Assembly: GCA_965219685.1 (NCBI GenBank)
Contig: CBDCOH010000002.1
Coordinates: 160,001-224,000, forward strand
Source: Candidatus Spongiisociaceae bacterium
Lineage (GTDB): Bacteria > Actinomycetota > Acidimicrobiia > Spongiisociales > Spongiisociaceae
Direction: 5' to 3'
DNA length: 64,000 nt
Shown here: one piece after another, positions 12,328 to 27,300 of the stretch
Layout of the letters: each line of letters opens with the position of its first letter
How positions within the stretch are numbered: position 1 is the stretch's first letter
The notes under the pieces: generated by a model
The model's database searches: none
What the model saw: only the letters and a program-made list of their open reading frames with translations
What the model was told of the DNA's origin: nothing
Position numbers and translations under genes: made by a program

Positions 12328-15300
12328 CTAGCCACGACCGCGGTTGTCTTCACCGCGCCGATCGTGGACGACAGGCTCTCTGAGAAGGCCGAGAAGTTCA
12401 GGGTCACGCTGGAAGTCGACACGGCAGCGCTGCGGGGCAACCTGACTCTCCCCAACCCCTCCGCGATCACCGAGATCGCGGAAAGCGACCCGATACGCGT
12501 GGATCTGGTGGGTCCGCTGGCGGTCAACGAGGGTGGCATCGCCACCTACCACGTCCTGCTTTCCTCGTCGGGAGGCATACCTAGCTCGGAGTTGGGCGTC
12601 GACTACGCCACGAAGGACGTCAGCGCCACCGCCGGCGATGACTACGTCGCCAAGTCCGGCGCCCTGATCTTCGCCCCGACGGACCACGGGCCCAAGCAAG
12701 TGCAGGTGAGCATCCTGTCGGACGACGTCGACGAGGATGACGAGGCCTTCGACTTCGCTATCTCCGACCCCATGGGCGGTGGCGGGCCGACACCCGCCCT
12801 GGGCAACGCATCCGTGTCCACGACCATCACCAGCGGCGAGATCACCGTGCCGTCCATCGCACTATCGACCCGGCCCAGTTCCATCTCCGAAGACCCACCC
12901 GAGACGCCGGAGTCACTCGGTGAGAAGAAACTGCCCGATCATGGTGAGTTGGTGACTGTGAAAGCCGTGCTCGACGCCGACCAACCCTTCCCATGGGATA
13001 CGGAGGTCACCCTCAGCTTCGCAGGAACGGCTTCCGACCCCCACGATTACAGCGTGATAACCAGTAAGACCGTGACCATCCCTGCAAACTCGCTCAGCGG
13101 GACGGGCGAACTGTTCATCACCGCAGTGGACAATCCCGTGCTGGACGGCGCTAGGACCATCGATGTGGAGGGAAGCGCCGTCGGCATCTCGAGTGTCAGC
13201 CCGGCCACCGTAACGATCGTGGATGACGACAAGGCCACAGTGACCCTGACCTCATCAGCGACCGTGGTCAACGAGGGTTCGTCGGTGCGGTTCGATGCGC
13301 GGCTGTCGCATGCAGTGGGCGCCGAGGTGACAGTGGGCTGGAGGGCAACCGGTCCCGACGCCGGGGACTTCTCTCCCGCTTCGGGCTCGGTCACCTTCCC
13401 CGCCGACTCCGGTCCCGGGGCGGTCCGGAGCTTCACCATAGACATCAAGGACGACGACCTTTCAGAGACGACCGAGGTCTTGACGGTAAAGCTGGGCAAT
13501 CTGTCCGTCGATGGCCCTAGCAGAACCAGGTCCAATGTCGTTGTGAACCCGTCCGCGGCGAGTGCCGTCATCCCCTCCAACGACGCCATCGTTGTCAGTG
13601 TCTCCGCACCGGAGGACGATGAAGGACAGCCTTTGGATCCGGTGGTGGAGGGCGACACCACAGGCACGTACACGGTCACCCTCAGCAAGATTCCCACCGC
13701 TGACCTCACGGTGGACCTTGCGACCGTTGATGACTCCGCATTGGCCGCCGACGACTACACCGCCAAGTCCGAGACGTTGACCTTCAGCGCCGCGGCCAAG
13801 GAGACCACCAAGACCCTTACCCTCGCCACAACCGAGGACGACCTGACCGAGGGCACCGAGTCCTTCGACCTGGTGCTCTCCAGCCCACAGGGAGGCGGAG
13901 GTCCGGCCCCCACCCTGGATGCGGCGGACAGTTCTTTGGAAGTGGAGATCGACGACGACGACTTCGCCGTGCTGAGCATCCAGACCGTGGTGGGCCAGGT
14001 CGAGGAGGGCGGGGCCGCCCAGTTCAGAGTGATCCTGTCGAAGCAGGTGAACGCAGACGTTACGGTGGGCTGGTCCGCCGGCGACGACCCCGGTGCGGAC
14101 CGATCTCCGGACTCGGGCGCGGTGACCTTCCCCGCCAATTCGGCGGCCGGCGCAACCCGGACCATCACCGTGAACATCGCCGACGACGCCCTCACCGAGC
14201 CGGCCGAGACATTCACCGTAAAGCTGGGCGGGATCGTGACCGATCTCCAGTCGATGGTCAGCGTCCACTCCGGGTCCGGGTCGGCCGACGCCACGATCGC
14301 GGAGAGCGATCCTGTTACCGTGGGACTCTCCGGCCCGACCCAAGTCTTGGTCAACGGTCAAGCCGAGTACCGCGTGTCGCTCGACCGGTTCCCGGCAGCC
14401 GACCTCACCGTGTCCTACGGCACCTCCAACGGGACGGCGTCGGCCGGTGTCGACTACACGGCTACCTCCGGCGTGCTCACCTTTGCGGCGGGCGAGACCG
14501 CAAAGACCGTGGCCGTGCCGGTGCTCGCTCCCGGTGCCGGGAAGACCTTCAACTTCGGCATCCTCAGTCCCGGAGGGGGCGGCGGGCCAACCCCGCAGCT
14601 GGGCACACCCTCCGACATCACCACCACGATCGTTGCCGCCAACGCAACGCCGGTCAACCGCAATCTGTTCCGGCTGTCGGCGGCGCCCAACCGCGTGACA
14701 GAGAGCGACGGCGCCACGACTGTGACCGTCACCGCCACCCTCGACGAGAACCAGAGCCTTGACCGCGATGTGGAGATCCAGATAGGCGCCCACGGCGGCG
14801 GCACTGCCGAGGAGGGCGTCGACTACACCTTCTCGCCAATCGCAGGGAGCGCGATCACGGTGGGGACCGGCAAAACGTCCGGTTCGGTGAACTACACCCT
14901 CACCCCCATCGACGACGGCCAGGAAGAGGATCCCGAGACCATCGTCGTCCGAGGCGCATCATCCGACGACCTGCAGATTGTCGATGCCGCTATCACCATC
15001 ACCGATCCTGCTCCTGTCAGCTCGGAGACCACGAGCGCCATCACCCTCAGCGCCAGCCCCGACACTGTCAGGGAGGATGCGGCTTCGGCTGTCGACGTCA
15101 CGGTGACCGCCACCCTTGAGGAGGGCGTCACGCTGGAGACGGATGTGACGGTGACCATCAGCCTCGGCGGTACCGCGAGTTCTTCGGACTACGCGGCGTC
15201 GGCGCTGGCGAGTGTGACGATTCAGGCCGGTCAGGGTTCGGGTTCGGGAACCTTGCGGGTGACCCCCATCGACAATGCGGTGGCAGAGGGCGACAAGACC

Positions 15301-15375
15301 CTCGTCGTGAACGGCGCAGCCGCTGGATTCGACGTGACAGGGGCGACCATCACCATCAGCAACGACGATGATGCG

Positions 15376-18300
15376 CCGTCGAGTATTTCGTTGTCGGTGG
15401 GTCCCGACAGCTTGGATGAGGGTGATTCGGCTACCGGGGTGACGGTGACGGCTACGTTGGATGGGGACACCACGCTCCCGTCGGTGACGGCGGTGACTAT
15501 CGGCCTGGGTGGGACAGCTGGGTCTTCGGATTATGGGGTGTCGTCGTTGGCGAGCGTGTCGATTCCTGCCGGTGAGTCGTCGGGTACGGGCACGCTGACG
15601 GTGACGCCGACCGATGATGAGGTGGTGGAGGGTGATGAGACGATCACCGTGGGTGGGTCGGCGAGCGGGTTCACCGTCAGCGGGGCGACAATCACTCTTT
15701 CGGATGACGACGCGACGGAGTTGTCGATCAGCGGCCCGTCCGGCAACGTGGCTGAAGGTTCCAACGCCACTTACACGGTCACACTCTCCAAGGCGGTCGC
15801 CAAGCAGGTGAAGGTGGCTTGGTCGGCTACGGCGGGCACCGCGGAGGATGCGGACTTCTCGCCTGCTTCGGATTCGGTCACGTTCGCGGCGGGTTCGGCG
15901 GCCGGGGCGACCCGGAGTTTCGATGTGGCTGTGGCCGACGACAACCTCTCGGAGGGGACGGAGACGTTCACCGTGGCCTTGGGAGCGATCACGTCTGATG
16001 TCTCGTCACAGGTGTCGGTGAAGTCGGGCTCCGGGTCGGTGACGACCACGATTGCGGAGTCGGATCCGATCACAGTTTCGCTGTCCGGTCCGAGCACTGT
16101 GACGGAGGGTGATACGACCACGAGTTATACGGTGTCGTTGTCGCCGTCGGGTGTGACCCCGACTGCTGACCTGACTGTTGCCTATGCGACTTCAGCCGGG
16201 TCGGCGACTGCGGGGTCTGACTACACCTCCAAGTCGGGCACGTTGACCTTCACCCCGTCGGATGCGGCGGACAAGACCGTGGCCGTGGCCACGGTTGAGG
16301 ACTCTTTGGATGAGTCGGGTGAGACGTTTACGTTGGCGACTTCGAGTCCGCAGGGTGGTGGGGGTCCTGCGCCGTCGTTGAGTAGTACGGCGAAGTCGGT
16401 GACGACCACGATCACCGATGATGATGACACGCCTACGGGTATCACTCTGTCGGTGGATCCGGCCAGTTTGGATGAGGGTGACTCGGCTACCGGGGTGACG
16501 GTGACGGCTACCTTGGATGGGGATAGCACGCTTACGTCGGCGACGGCTGTGACTATCGGCCTGGGTGGGACAGCTGGGTCTTCGGATTATGGGGTGTCGT
16601 CGTTGGCGAGTGTGTCGATCCCTGCGGGTGAGGCGTCGGGTTCGGGGACGCTGACTGTCACGCCGACCGATGATGCGGTGGTGGAAGGCGATGAAACGAT
16701 CGTTGTATCGGGTTCGGTTACCGGGTTCACGGTGACTCCGGCCACTATCACGCTGGAGGATGATGACACGGCGGAGTTGTCGGTCAGCGGCCCGTCGGGT
16801 GTGGCTGAGGGGAGCGACGCCACCTATACGGTGACTCTGTCCAAGGAGGCGGCGGCTCAGGTCAAAGTCGTTTGGTCGATCACTGCAGGTACGGCGGCCG
16901 CAGGAGATTATACGGCTACACCGGCCACGCTGACGTTCGGTGCTGGCTCCGCGGCGGGAGCTACACGCACCTTCACGGTGGCTGTGACCGATGATGATCT
17001 GTCGGAGACCTCGGAGACCTTCGGGGTGGCGCTGGGATCGGTGAGTGGTGATCTGGCCGGTCGGGTGTCGGTGAAGTCGGGCGGGGGGTCGGTGACGACG
17101 ACGATTGCGGAGTCGGATCCGATCACAGTTTCGCTCTCTGGTCCCAGCAGTGTCACGGAGGGTGACACGACTTCGAGTTATACGGTGTCGTTGTCGCCGT
17201 CGGGTGTGACCCCGACTGCTGACCTGACTGTTGCCTATGCGACTTCAGCCGGGTCGGCGACTGCGGGGTCTGACTACACCTCCAAGTCGGGCACGTTGAC
17301 CTTCACCCCGTCGGATGCGGCGGACAAGACCGTGGCCGTGGCCACGGTTGAGGACTCTTTGGATGAGTCGGGTGAGACGTTTACGTTGGCGACTTCGAGT
17401 CCGCAGGGTGGTGGGGGTCCTGCGCCGTCGTTGAGTAGTACGGCGAAGTCGGTGACGACCACGATCACCGATGATGATGACACGCCTACGGGTATCACTC
17501 TGTCGGTGGATCCGGCCAGTTTGGATGAGGGTGATTCGGCGACCGGGGTGACGGTCACGGCCACTCTGGACGGGGATAGCACGTTGACCTCGGTGACGAC
17601 GGTGACTATCAGCCTGGGCGGGACAGCCGGCTCCTCCGATTATGGGGCGTCGGCTCTGGCGAGCGTCACGATCCCTGCCGGTCAGTCGTCGGGGTCGGGG
17701 ACGTTGACCGTGACGCCGACCGATGATGCGGTGGTGGAGGGTGACGAGACGATCACCGTGGGTGGGTCGGCTCCCGGGTTCACCGTCAGTGAGGCCACTA
17801 TCACGCTCGAGGATGACGACACGGCTGAGTTGTCGGTCAGCGGCCCCTCGGACAGTGTGGCGGAGGGCACCGACGCTTCATACACGGTCACGCTCTCGAA
17901 GGCGGTTGCCAAGCAGGTGAGAGTGTCCTGGTCAGCCACGGCGGGCACGGCGAAGGCGGCTGATTTCTCGCCTGCTTCGGGTTCGGTGACGTTCGCGGCG
18001 GGTTCGGCCGTCGGCGCCACCCAGAGTTTCGACGTAGCTGTAGCCGATGACGACCTCTCGGAGACTGCGGAGACCTTTACCGTGGCTCTTGGCACGGTGA
18101 GTGGCGACTTATCGGATCTGGTGTCGGTGAAGTCGGGTTCGGGTTCGGTGACTACGACGATTGCGGAGTCGGATCCGATCACTATCAGCCTGTCGGGTCC
18201 CAGCAGTGTTGCGGAGGGTGATACGACTACGAGTTATACGGTGTCGTTGTCGCCGTCGGGTGTGACTCCCACTGCTGATCTGACCGTCAGATACGCGACC

Positions 18301-21300
18301 ACCGCCGGTACGGCCGTTGCCGGTCTGGATTACAAACCAGCGGCGGGCACGTTCACGTTCACTGCCTCTGATACGGCGGACAAGACGATCACTGTGTCGA
18401 CGGCTGAGGACACGTTGGACGAGTCGGGTGAGACGTTCACGTTCGCCATCTCCGATGCGAAGGGTGGTGGCGGTCCGGCGCCGTCATTGAGTAGTACGGC
18501 CAAGTCGGTGACCACCACGATCACCGATGACGACGGCACCCCGTCGAGTATTACTTTGTCGGTCGATCCCAGCAGCCTGGGTGAGGGCGACAAGGCTACG
18601 CAGGTCACGGTGACCGCCACCCTTGATGGGGACAGCACGCTGACGTCGGCCACGACGGTCACAGTCAGTTTGGGTGGCACGGCGGGTTCTGCGGATTACA
18701 GGGCGTCCAAGCTGGCGAGCATAAAGATCCCGGCCGGTCTTGCGTCGGCTTCTGGCAAGCTGACGGTGACCCCGAAGGATGATGCGGTGGTGGAGGGTGA
18801 TGAGACGATTACCGTGGGAGGGTCGGCTACCGGGTTCACGGTGACTCCCGCCACTATCACGTTGGAGGATGACGACACCGCGGAGGTGTACATCACGGGT
18901 CCCTCCTCGAGTGTGACCGAGGGCAACAACGCCACGTACATGGCTACTTTGTCCAAGGTGGTCGCCAAGCAGGTCAGGGTGGCTTGGTCGGCTGCGGCGG
19001 GCACGGCGGAGGCGGCTGACTTCTCGCCTGCTTCGGGTTCGGTGACGTTCGCGGCCGATTCGCCGGCAGGTTCGTCGGAGACGTTCACGGTCACTGCGAC
19101 CGATGATGATCTGTCCGAGGCTTCGGAGACCTTCACCGTGGCTCTTGGCACTGTGAGTGGCGACCTGTCGGATCTGGTGTCGGTGAAGTCGGGTTCGGGT
19201 TCGGCGACTACGACGATTGCGGCGTCGGATCCGATCACTATCAGCCTGTCGGGACCGTCCACGGTGACGGAGGGTGACACGACTACCAGTTATACGGTGT
19301 CGTTGTCGCCGTCGGGTGTGACCCCAACCGCTGACCTGACAGTTGCCTATGCGACTTTGGATGGGTCGGCGACTGCGGGGGATGACTACACCTCCAAGTC
19401 GGGCAAGTTGACGTTCACGGCTTCTGATACGGCGGACAAGACGGTGACTGTGTCGACGGTTGAGGACACTTTGGACGAGTCGGGTGAGACGTTCACGTTG
19501 GCGATTTCGAATCCGCAGGGTGGTGGGGGTCCTGCGCCGTCGTTGAGTAGTACGGCGAAGTCGGTGACAACCTCTATCGCCGACGATGACGGCACCCCGT
19601 CGAGTATTACTTTGTCGGTCGATCCCGACAGTCTGGATGAGGGCGACTCGGATACCGGGGTGACGGTGACGGCTACGTTGGACGGGTCGTCGACGCTCAC
19701 GTCGGCTACGACGGTGACTGTCAGCCTGGGTGGGACGGCTGTCTCTTCGGATTACGGGGTGTCGTCGCTGGCGAGCGTGTCGATCCCGGCCGGTCAGGCG
19801 TCGGGGTCGGGGACGTTGACGGTGACGCCAACCGATGATGCGGTGGTGGAGGGTGATGAGACGATCGTGGTGTCGGGCGCGGTCACCGGGTTCACCGTCA
19901 GTGGGGCGACCATCACTCTTGAGGATGATGACACGGCAGAGGTGTCGATCAGTGGACCGACCGGCAACGTGGCCGAAGGTTCCAACGCCACCTATACGGT
20001 CACTCTGTCCAGTGCGGTGGCCAAGCAGGTGAAGGTGGCGTGGTCGGTCACCCTGGGCACGGCGGAGGCGGCTGATTTCTCGCCTGCTTCGGGTTCGGTC
20101 ACGTTCCCCGCTGGCTCGGCCGCTGGCGCCACCCAGAGTTTCAATGTGGCAATCGCCGATGACGATCTGTCCGAGGGCTCTGAGACGTTCACTGTGAAAT
20201 TGGGAACGATCACGTCTGATGTCTCGTCGCAGGTGTCGGTGAAGTCGGGTTCGGGTTCGGTTACGTCGACGATTGCGGCGTCGGATCCGATCACTATCAG
20301 TCTGTCGGGACCGTCCACGGTGACGGAGGGTGATACCACTACGAGTTATACGGTGTCGTTGTCTCCGTCGGGTGTGACCCCGACTGCCGATTTGACGGTT
20401 GATTATGCGACGGCGGATGGTTCGGCGACTGCGGGGGACGATTACACCTCCAAGTCGGGCACGGTGACCTTTACCCAGTCGGGTGCTGGGCCCCAGACGG
20501 TGACAGTGGCGACCATTGAGGACACTTTGGACGAGTCGGGTGAGACGTTCACGCTAGGCATCTCGAATCCGCAGGGTGGCGGCGGTCCTGCGCCGTCGCT
20601 GAAGAGTACGGCCAAGTCGGTGACCACCACGATTGGTGATGATGATGCCACTCCGTCGAGCATTACTTTGTCGGTCGATCCGGACAGTTTGGGTGAGGGC
20701 GACTCAGCCACCGATGTGACGGTGACCGCGACTCTGGACGGGGATAGCACGCTCACCTCGGGCACGACGGTGACTGTCAGCCTGGGTGGGACAGCCGGCT
20801 CCTCCGATTATGGGGTGTCGGCTCTGGCAAGCGTGTCGATCCCGGCCGGCCAAGCGTCGGGTTCGGGGACGTTGAGGGTGACGCCGACCGATGATGCGGT
20901 GGTGGAGGGTGATGAGACCATCACGGTCGGTGGTTCGGCCACCGGGTTGACTGTCAGTGGGGCGACTATCACTCTCGAGGATGATGACACGGCGGAGTTA
21001 TCGATCAGCGGGCCGTCGTCGAATGTGGCTGAGGGGAGCAGCGCATCCTATACGGTGACCCTGTCCAAGGCGGTGGCCAAGCAGGTCAAGGTGGCGTGGT
21101 CGGTCACCCTGGGGACGGCGGAGGCGGCTGACTTCTCGCCTGCTTCAGGAACGGTGACGTTCGCGGCGGGGTCGGCCGCTGGTGCCACCAAGAGTTTCGA
21201 TGTGGCAGTCGCCGATGACGACCTCTCTGAGGGGACTGAGACGTTCACCGTGACGTTGGGGACGATCACCTCCGATGTCGCCTCAGACGTGTCGGTGAAG

Positions 21301-24300
21301 TCGGGTTCGGGGTCGGCCGCGACCACGATCGCGGAGTCGGATCCGATCACGATCTCGCTTAGTGGGCCGTCCGATGTGGATGAGGGTGACACGACTACCA
21401 GTTATACGGTGTCGTTGTCGCCGTCGGGTGTGACTCCCACTGCTGATCTGACGATTGCCTATGCGACGGCGGCCGGCACGGCCGCGGCCGGGGAAGATTA
21501 CACAACCAAGTCGGGCACGATCACCTTCACCCAGTCGGATAGAGCGGACAAGACGGTCACCGTGGCCACAGTCGAGGACACTTTGGACGAGTCGGGTGAG
21601 ACGTTCACGTTCGCGATTTCGAATCCGCAGGGTGGCGGCGGTCCCGCGCCGTCGCTGAAGAGCACGGCCAAGTCGGTCACGACCACGATTACCGATGATG
21701 ATGCCACGCCTACGGGTATCACGCTGTCGGTCGATCCCGCCAGCCTGGATGAGGGCGACTCCGCCACCGGGGTGACGGTGACCGCCACCTTGGACGGGGA
21801 TAGCACGCTCACGTCGGCGACGAACGTGACTATCAGCCTGGGTGGGACGGCGAGTTCTTCGGATTATGGGGTGTCGTCGTTGGCGAGCGTCACGATCCCG
21901 GCCGGTCAGTCGTCAGGGTCGGGGACGCTGACCGTGACGCCGAAGGATGATACGGTGGTGGAGGGTGATGAGACGATAGTGCTGTCGGGCTCGGCCACCG
22001 GGTTCACCGTGACCGGGGCGACTGTCACTCTTGAGGATGATGACACGGCGGAGTTGTCGATAAGCGGACCGACCGGCAACGTGGCTGAGGGGAACAACGC
22101 CACCTACACGGTCACGCTCTCCAAGGCGGTGGCCAAGCAGGTCAAGGTAGCTTGGACCGTCACCGCAGGTACCGCGTCGTCTTCTGACTACACCGCCACG
22201 CCGTCCACTCTCACGTTTGCGGCCGGTTCCGCGGCGGGCGCTACGGAGACGTTTACGGTGGCTGTGACCGACGATGATCTGTCCGAGACGTCGGAGACGT
22301 TCACTGCGGCGTTGGGGACGATCACCTCTGATATCTCGTCGGAGGTGTCGGTGAAGTCGGCGTCGGCGTCGGCGACGACCACGATCGCGGCGTCGGATCC
22401 GATCACGGTCTCGCTGACCGGTCCGAGCAGCGTGACCGAGGGTGACATGACCACCAGCTATACGGTGTCGTTGTCTCCGTCGGGTGTGACTCCCACTGCC
22501 GATCTGACGGTTGATTATGCGACGGCGGCCGGCACGGCCACGGCAGGGGATGATTACACGACCAAGTCGGGCACGCTGACCTTCACCCAGTCGGAGGCTG
22601 GGGCCCAGACGGTGACAGTGGCTACTGTCGAGGACTCTTTGGACGAGTCGGGTGAGACGTTCACGTTGGCGATCTCGGATCCGAAGGGTGGTGGGGGTCC
22701 CGCGGCGTCGTTGAGTAGCACGGCCAAGTCGGTCACGACCACGATTGGTGATGACGACGCCACTCCGTCGAGTATTACTTTGTCGGTCGATCCCGCCAGT
22801 TTGGGTGAGGGTGACTCTGCCACCGGGGTGACGGTGACGGCTACGTTGGATGGGGATAGCAGGCTCACGTCGGCGACGACGGTGACTGTCAGCCTGGGTG
22901 GGACAGCTGTTTCTTCAGATTATGGGGTGTCGTCGTTGGCGAGCGTGTCGATCCCTGCCGGCCAGGCGTCGGGTTCGGGGACGTTGACCGTGACGCCGAA
23001 GGATGATGCGGTGGTGGAGGGTGATGAGACGATCACGGTCGGTGGTTCGGCCACCGGGTTGACTGTCAGTGGGGCGACGATCACTCTTGAGGATGACGAC
23101 ACGGCGCAGTTGTCGATAAGCGGGCCGTCGTCGAATGTGGCTGAAGGTTCCAACGCCACATACACGGTCACCCTCTCCAAGGCGATTGCCAAGCAGGTGA
23201 AGGTCGCCTGGTCGGCCACCGCAGGTACGGCGTCGTCCTCTGACTACACGGCTGCATCTTCCACTCTCACATTCTCAGCGGGTTCGGCCGCTGGTTCGAC
23301 CCGTACGTTTACGGTGGCTGTGACCGACGATGATCTCTCCGAGGGCACGGAGACGTTCACGGTGGCGTTGGGGACGATCACCTCTGATGTCTCTTCGCAG
23401 GTGTCGGTGAAGTCAGGTTCGGGGTCGGTGACTACGACTATTGCGGCGTCGGATCCGATCACTGTCAGTCTGTCAGGGCCGACGACTGTGGATGAGGGTG
23501 ACACGACTACGAGTTATACGGTGTCGTTGTCGCCGTCGGGTGTGACCCCTACCGAGGATCTGACGGTTGGGTATGGCACCACGGCCGGTACCGCCACGGC
23601 CGGTGTGGATTACACGGCTGCTTCGGGCACGTTGACGTTCACCGCTTCCGACGCGGGGGACAAGACGATCACCGTAGCCACTATTGAGGACACTTTGGAC
23701 GAGTCGGGTGAGACGTTCACGCTGTCGATTCGCAACCCGCAGGGCGGTGGGGGTCCGGCGGCGTCACTCAGTAGTACGGCCAAGTCGGTGATCACCACGA
23801 TCGGTGATGACGACGCCACCCCCACCGCTATCACCCTGTCGGTCGATCCGGACAGTTTGGATGAGGGTGATTCGGCTACGGAGGTGACGGTGACGGCTAC
23901 GTTGGATGGGGATAGCACGCTCACGTCGGCGACGGAGGTAACTGTCAGCCTGGGCGGGACCGCCGGCTCCTCCGATTATGGGGTGTCGGCTCTGGCAAGT
24001 GTCACGATCCCGGCCGGCCAAGCGTCGGGTTCGGGGACGTTGACTGTGACACCGACCGATGATGCGGTGGTGGAGGGTGACGAGACCATCACGATCGCTG
24101 GTTCGGCCAAAGGGTTCACGGTGACCGGGGCGACGCTCACTCTCGAGGATGATGACACGGCGGAGTTGTCGATCAGCGGGCCGTCGGCGAATGTGGCTGA
24201 GGGGAGCAAGGCGTCCTATACGGTGACGCTGTCCGGGGCGGTGGCCGAGCAGGTGAAGGTGGCGTGGTCGGCCTCCCTGGGTACCGCGGAGGCGGCTGAT

Positions 24301-27300
24301 TTCTCGCCTGCTTCGGGTTCGGTGACGTTCGCGGCGGGTTCGGCCGCTGGCGCTACGAAGAGTTTCGATGTGGCTGTAGCCGATGATGATCTCTCCGAGG
24401 GCACGGAGACGTTTACGGTGGCGTTGGGGGCGATCACCTCTGATGTCTCGTCGGAGGTGTCGGTGAAGTCGGGTTCGGGGTCGGTGGCGACCACGATCGG
24501 GGAGTCGGATCCGATCACGATCTCCCTTAGCGGACCGTCCGATGTGGATGAGGGTGACACGACTACCAGCTATACGGTGTCGTTGTCGCCGTCGGGTGTG
24601 ACCCCAACCGCTGACCTGACTGTTGCCTATGCGACTTCGGATGGGTCGGCGACTGCGGGGGATGACTACACCTCCAAGTCGGGCAAGTTGACGTTCACGG
24701 CTTCTGACACGGCGGACAAGACGGTCACCGTTGCCACGGTTGAGGACACTTTGGACGAGTCGGGTGAGACGTTCACGTTTGCGATTTCGAATCCGCAGGG
24801 GGGTGGGGGTCCGGCGGCGTCGTTGAGTAGCACGGCCAAGTCGGTGACAACTTCCATCGCAGACGATGACGGCACCCCGTCGAGTATTACTCTGTCGGTC
24901 GATCCCGCCAGTGTCGAGGAGGGCGACTCGGCAACCGGGGTGACGGTGACCGCCACGTTGGATGGAAATAGCACGCTCACGTCGGCGAAGACGGTGACCA
25001 TCAGCCTGGGCGGGACAGCCGGCGCCTCCGACTATGGGGCGTCGGCTCTGGCGAGCGTCACGATCGCAGCCGGTGAGGAGTCGGGGTCGGGGACGCTGAC
25101 CGTGACGCCGACCGATGATGCGGTGGTGGAGGGTGATGAGACGATCGTGGTGTCGGGTGCGGTTAGCGGGTTCACGGTTTCGGACGCCACTATCACTCTT
25201 GAGGATGATGACACGGCGGAGTTGTCGATCAGCGGGCCGTCGGCGAATGTGGCTGAGGGGAGCAAGGCGTCCTATACGGTGACGCTGTCCAGGGCGGTGG
25301 CGAAGCAGGTGAAGGTGGCGTGGTCGGCCTCCCTGGGTACTGCGGAGGCGGCTGATTTCTCGCCTGCTTCGGGTTCGGTGACGTTCGCGGCGGGTTCGGC
25401 CGCCGGCGCCACGAAGAGTTTCGATGTGGCTGTAGCTGATGATGATCTCTCGGAGGGGACGGAGACGTTTACGGTGGCGTTGGGGGCGATCACGTCTGAT
25501 GTCTCGTCGGAGGTGTCGGTGAAGTCGGGTTCGGGGTCGGTGGCGACGACGATTGCGGAGTCGGATCCGATAACGATCTCGCTTTCTGGTCCCAGCAGCG
25601 TGGCGGAGGGTGATACGACCACCAACTACACGGTGTCGTTGTCGCCGTCGGATGTGACCCCGACTGCTGATCTGACGGTTGACTATGCGACGGCGGCCGG
25701 CACGGCCACGGCAGGCGATGATTACACGACCAAGTCGGGCACGCTGACCTTTACCCAGTCTGATGCGGGGGACAAGACCGTGACCGTTGCCACGGTCGAG
25801 GACTCTTTGGACGAGTCGGGTGAGACGTTCACGTTGGCGATTTCGAATCCGAAGGGTGGTGGGGGTCCGGCGGCGTCGTTGAGTAGCACGGCCAAGTCGG
25901 TGATCACCACGATCGGTGACGACGACGCGACCCCGTCGAGTATTACTTTGTCGGTCGATCCCGACAGTTTGGATGAGGGTGATTCGGCTACGGATGTGAC
26001 GGTGACGGCCACGTTGGATGGGGATAGCACGCGCACGTCGGCGAAGACGGTGACCATCAGCCTGGGCGGGACAGCCGGCTCCTCCGACTACGGGGTGTCG
26101 TCGTTGGCGAGCGTGTCGATCCCGGCCGGTGAGGAGTCGGGTTCGGGGACGCTGACCGTGACGCCGACTGATGATGCGGTGGTGGAGGGTGATGAGACGA
26201 TCGTGGTGTCGGGTGCGGTTAGCGGGTTCACGGTTTCGGACGCCACTATCACTCTTGAGGATGATGACACGGCGGAGTTGTCGATCAGCGGGCCGTCGTC
26301 GAATGTGGCTGAGGGGAGCAAGGCGTCCTATACGGTGACGCTGTCCAGGGCGGTGGCGAAGCAGGTGAAGGTGGCGTGGTCGGCCACGCTGGGTACTGCG
26401 GAGGCGGCTGATTTCTCGCCTGCTTCGGGTTCGGTGACGTTCGCGGCGGGTTCGGCCGCCGGCGCCACGAAGAGTTTCGATGTGGCTGTAGCTGACGATG
26501 ATCTCTCGGAGGGGACGGAGACGTTTACGGTGGCGTTGGGGGCGATCACGTCTGATGTCTCGTCGGAGGTGTCGGTGAAGTCGGGTTCGGGCTCGGCGGC
26601 GACGACGATTGCGGAGTCGGATCCGATCACTATCAGTCTGTCAGGGCCGACGACTGTGGATGAGGGTGACACGACTACGAGTTATACGGTGTCATTGTCG
26701 CCGTCGGATGTGACCCCGACTGCTGATCTGACGGTTGACTATGCGACGGCGGCCGGCACGGCCACGGCCGGGGATGACTACACGACCAAGTCGGGCACGT
26801 TGACGTTCACGGCTTCTGATACGGCGGACAAGACGATCACCGTTGCCACTATTGAGGACTCTTTGGACGAGTCGGGTGAGACGTTCACGTTTGCGATCTC
26901 GGATCCGAAGGGGGGTGGGGGTCCTACGCCGTCGCTGAGTAGTACGGCCAAGTCGGTGACCACCACGATCACCGATGATGATGACGCGCCTACGGGTATC
27001 ACTCTGTCGGTCGATCCGGACAGTTTGGATGAGGGTGACTCGGCTACGGGTGCGACGGTGACGGCCACGTTGGATGGGGATAGCACGCTCACATCGGCGA
27101 CGAAGGTGACTATCAGCTTGGGCGGGACTGCCGGCGCCTCGGACTATGGCGCGTCCGCTTTGGCGAGCGTCACGATTCCTGCCGGCCAAGCGTCGGGTTC
27201 GGGGACGCTAACAGTCACGCCGACTGATGATGCGGTGGTGGAGGGCGATGAGACCATCACGGTGGATGGTTCGGTCACCGGGTTCACCGTCGGTGGGGCG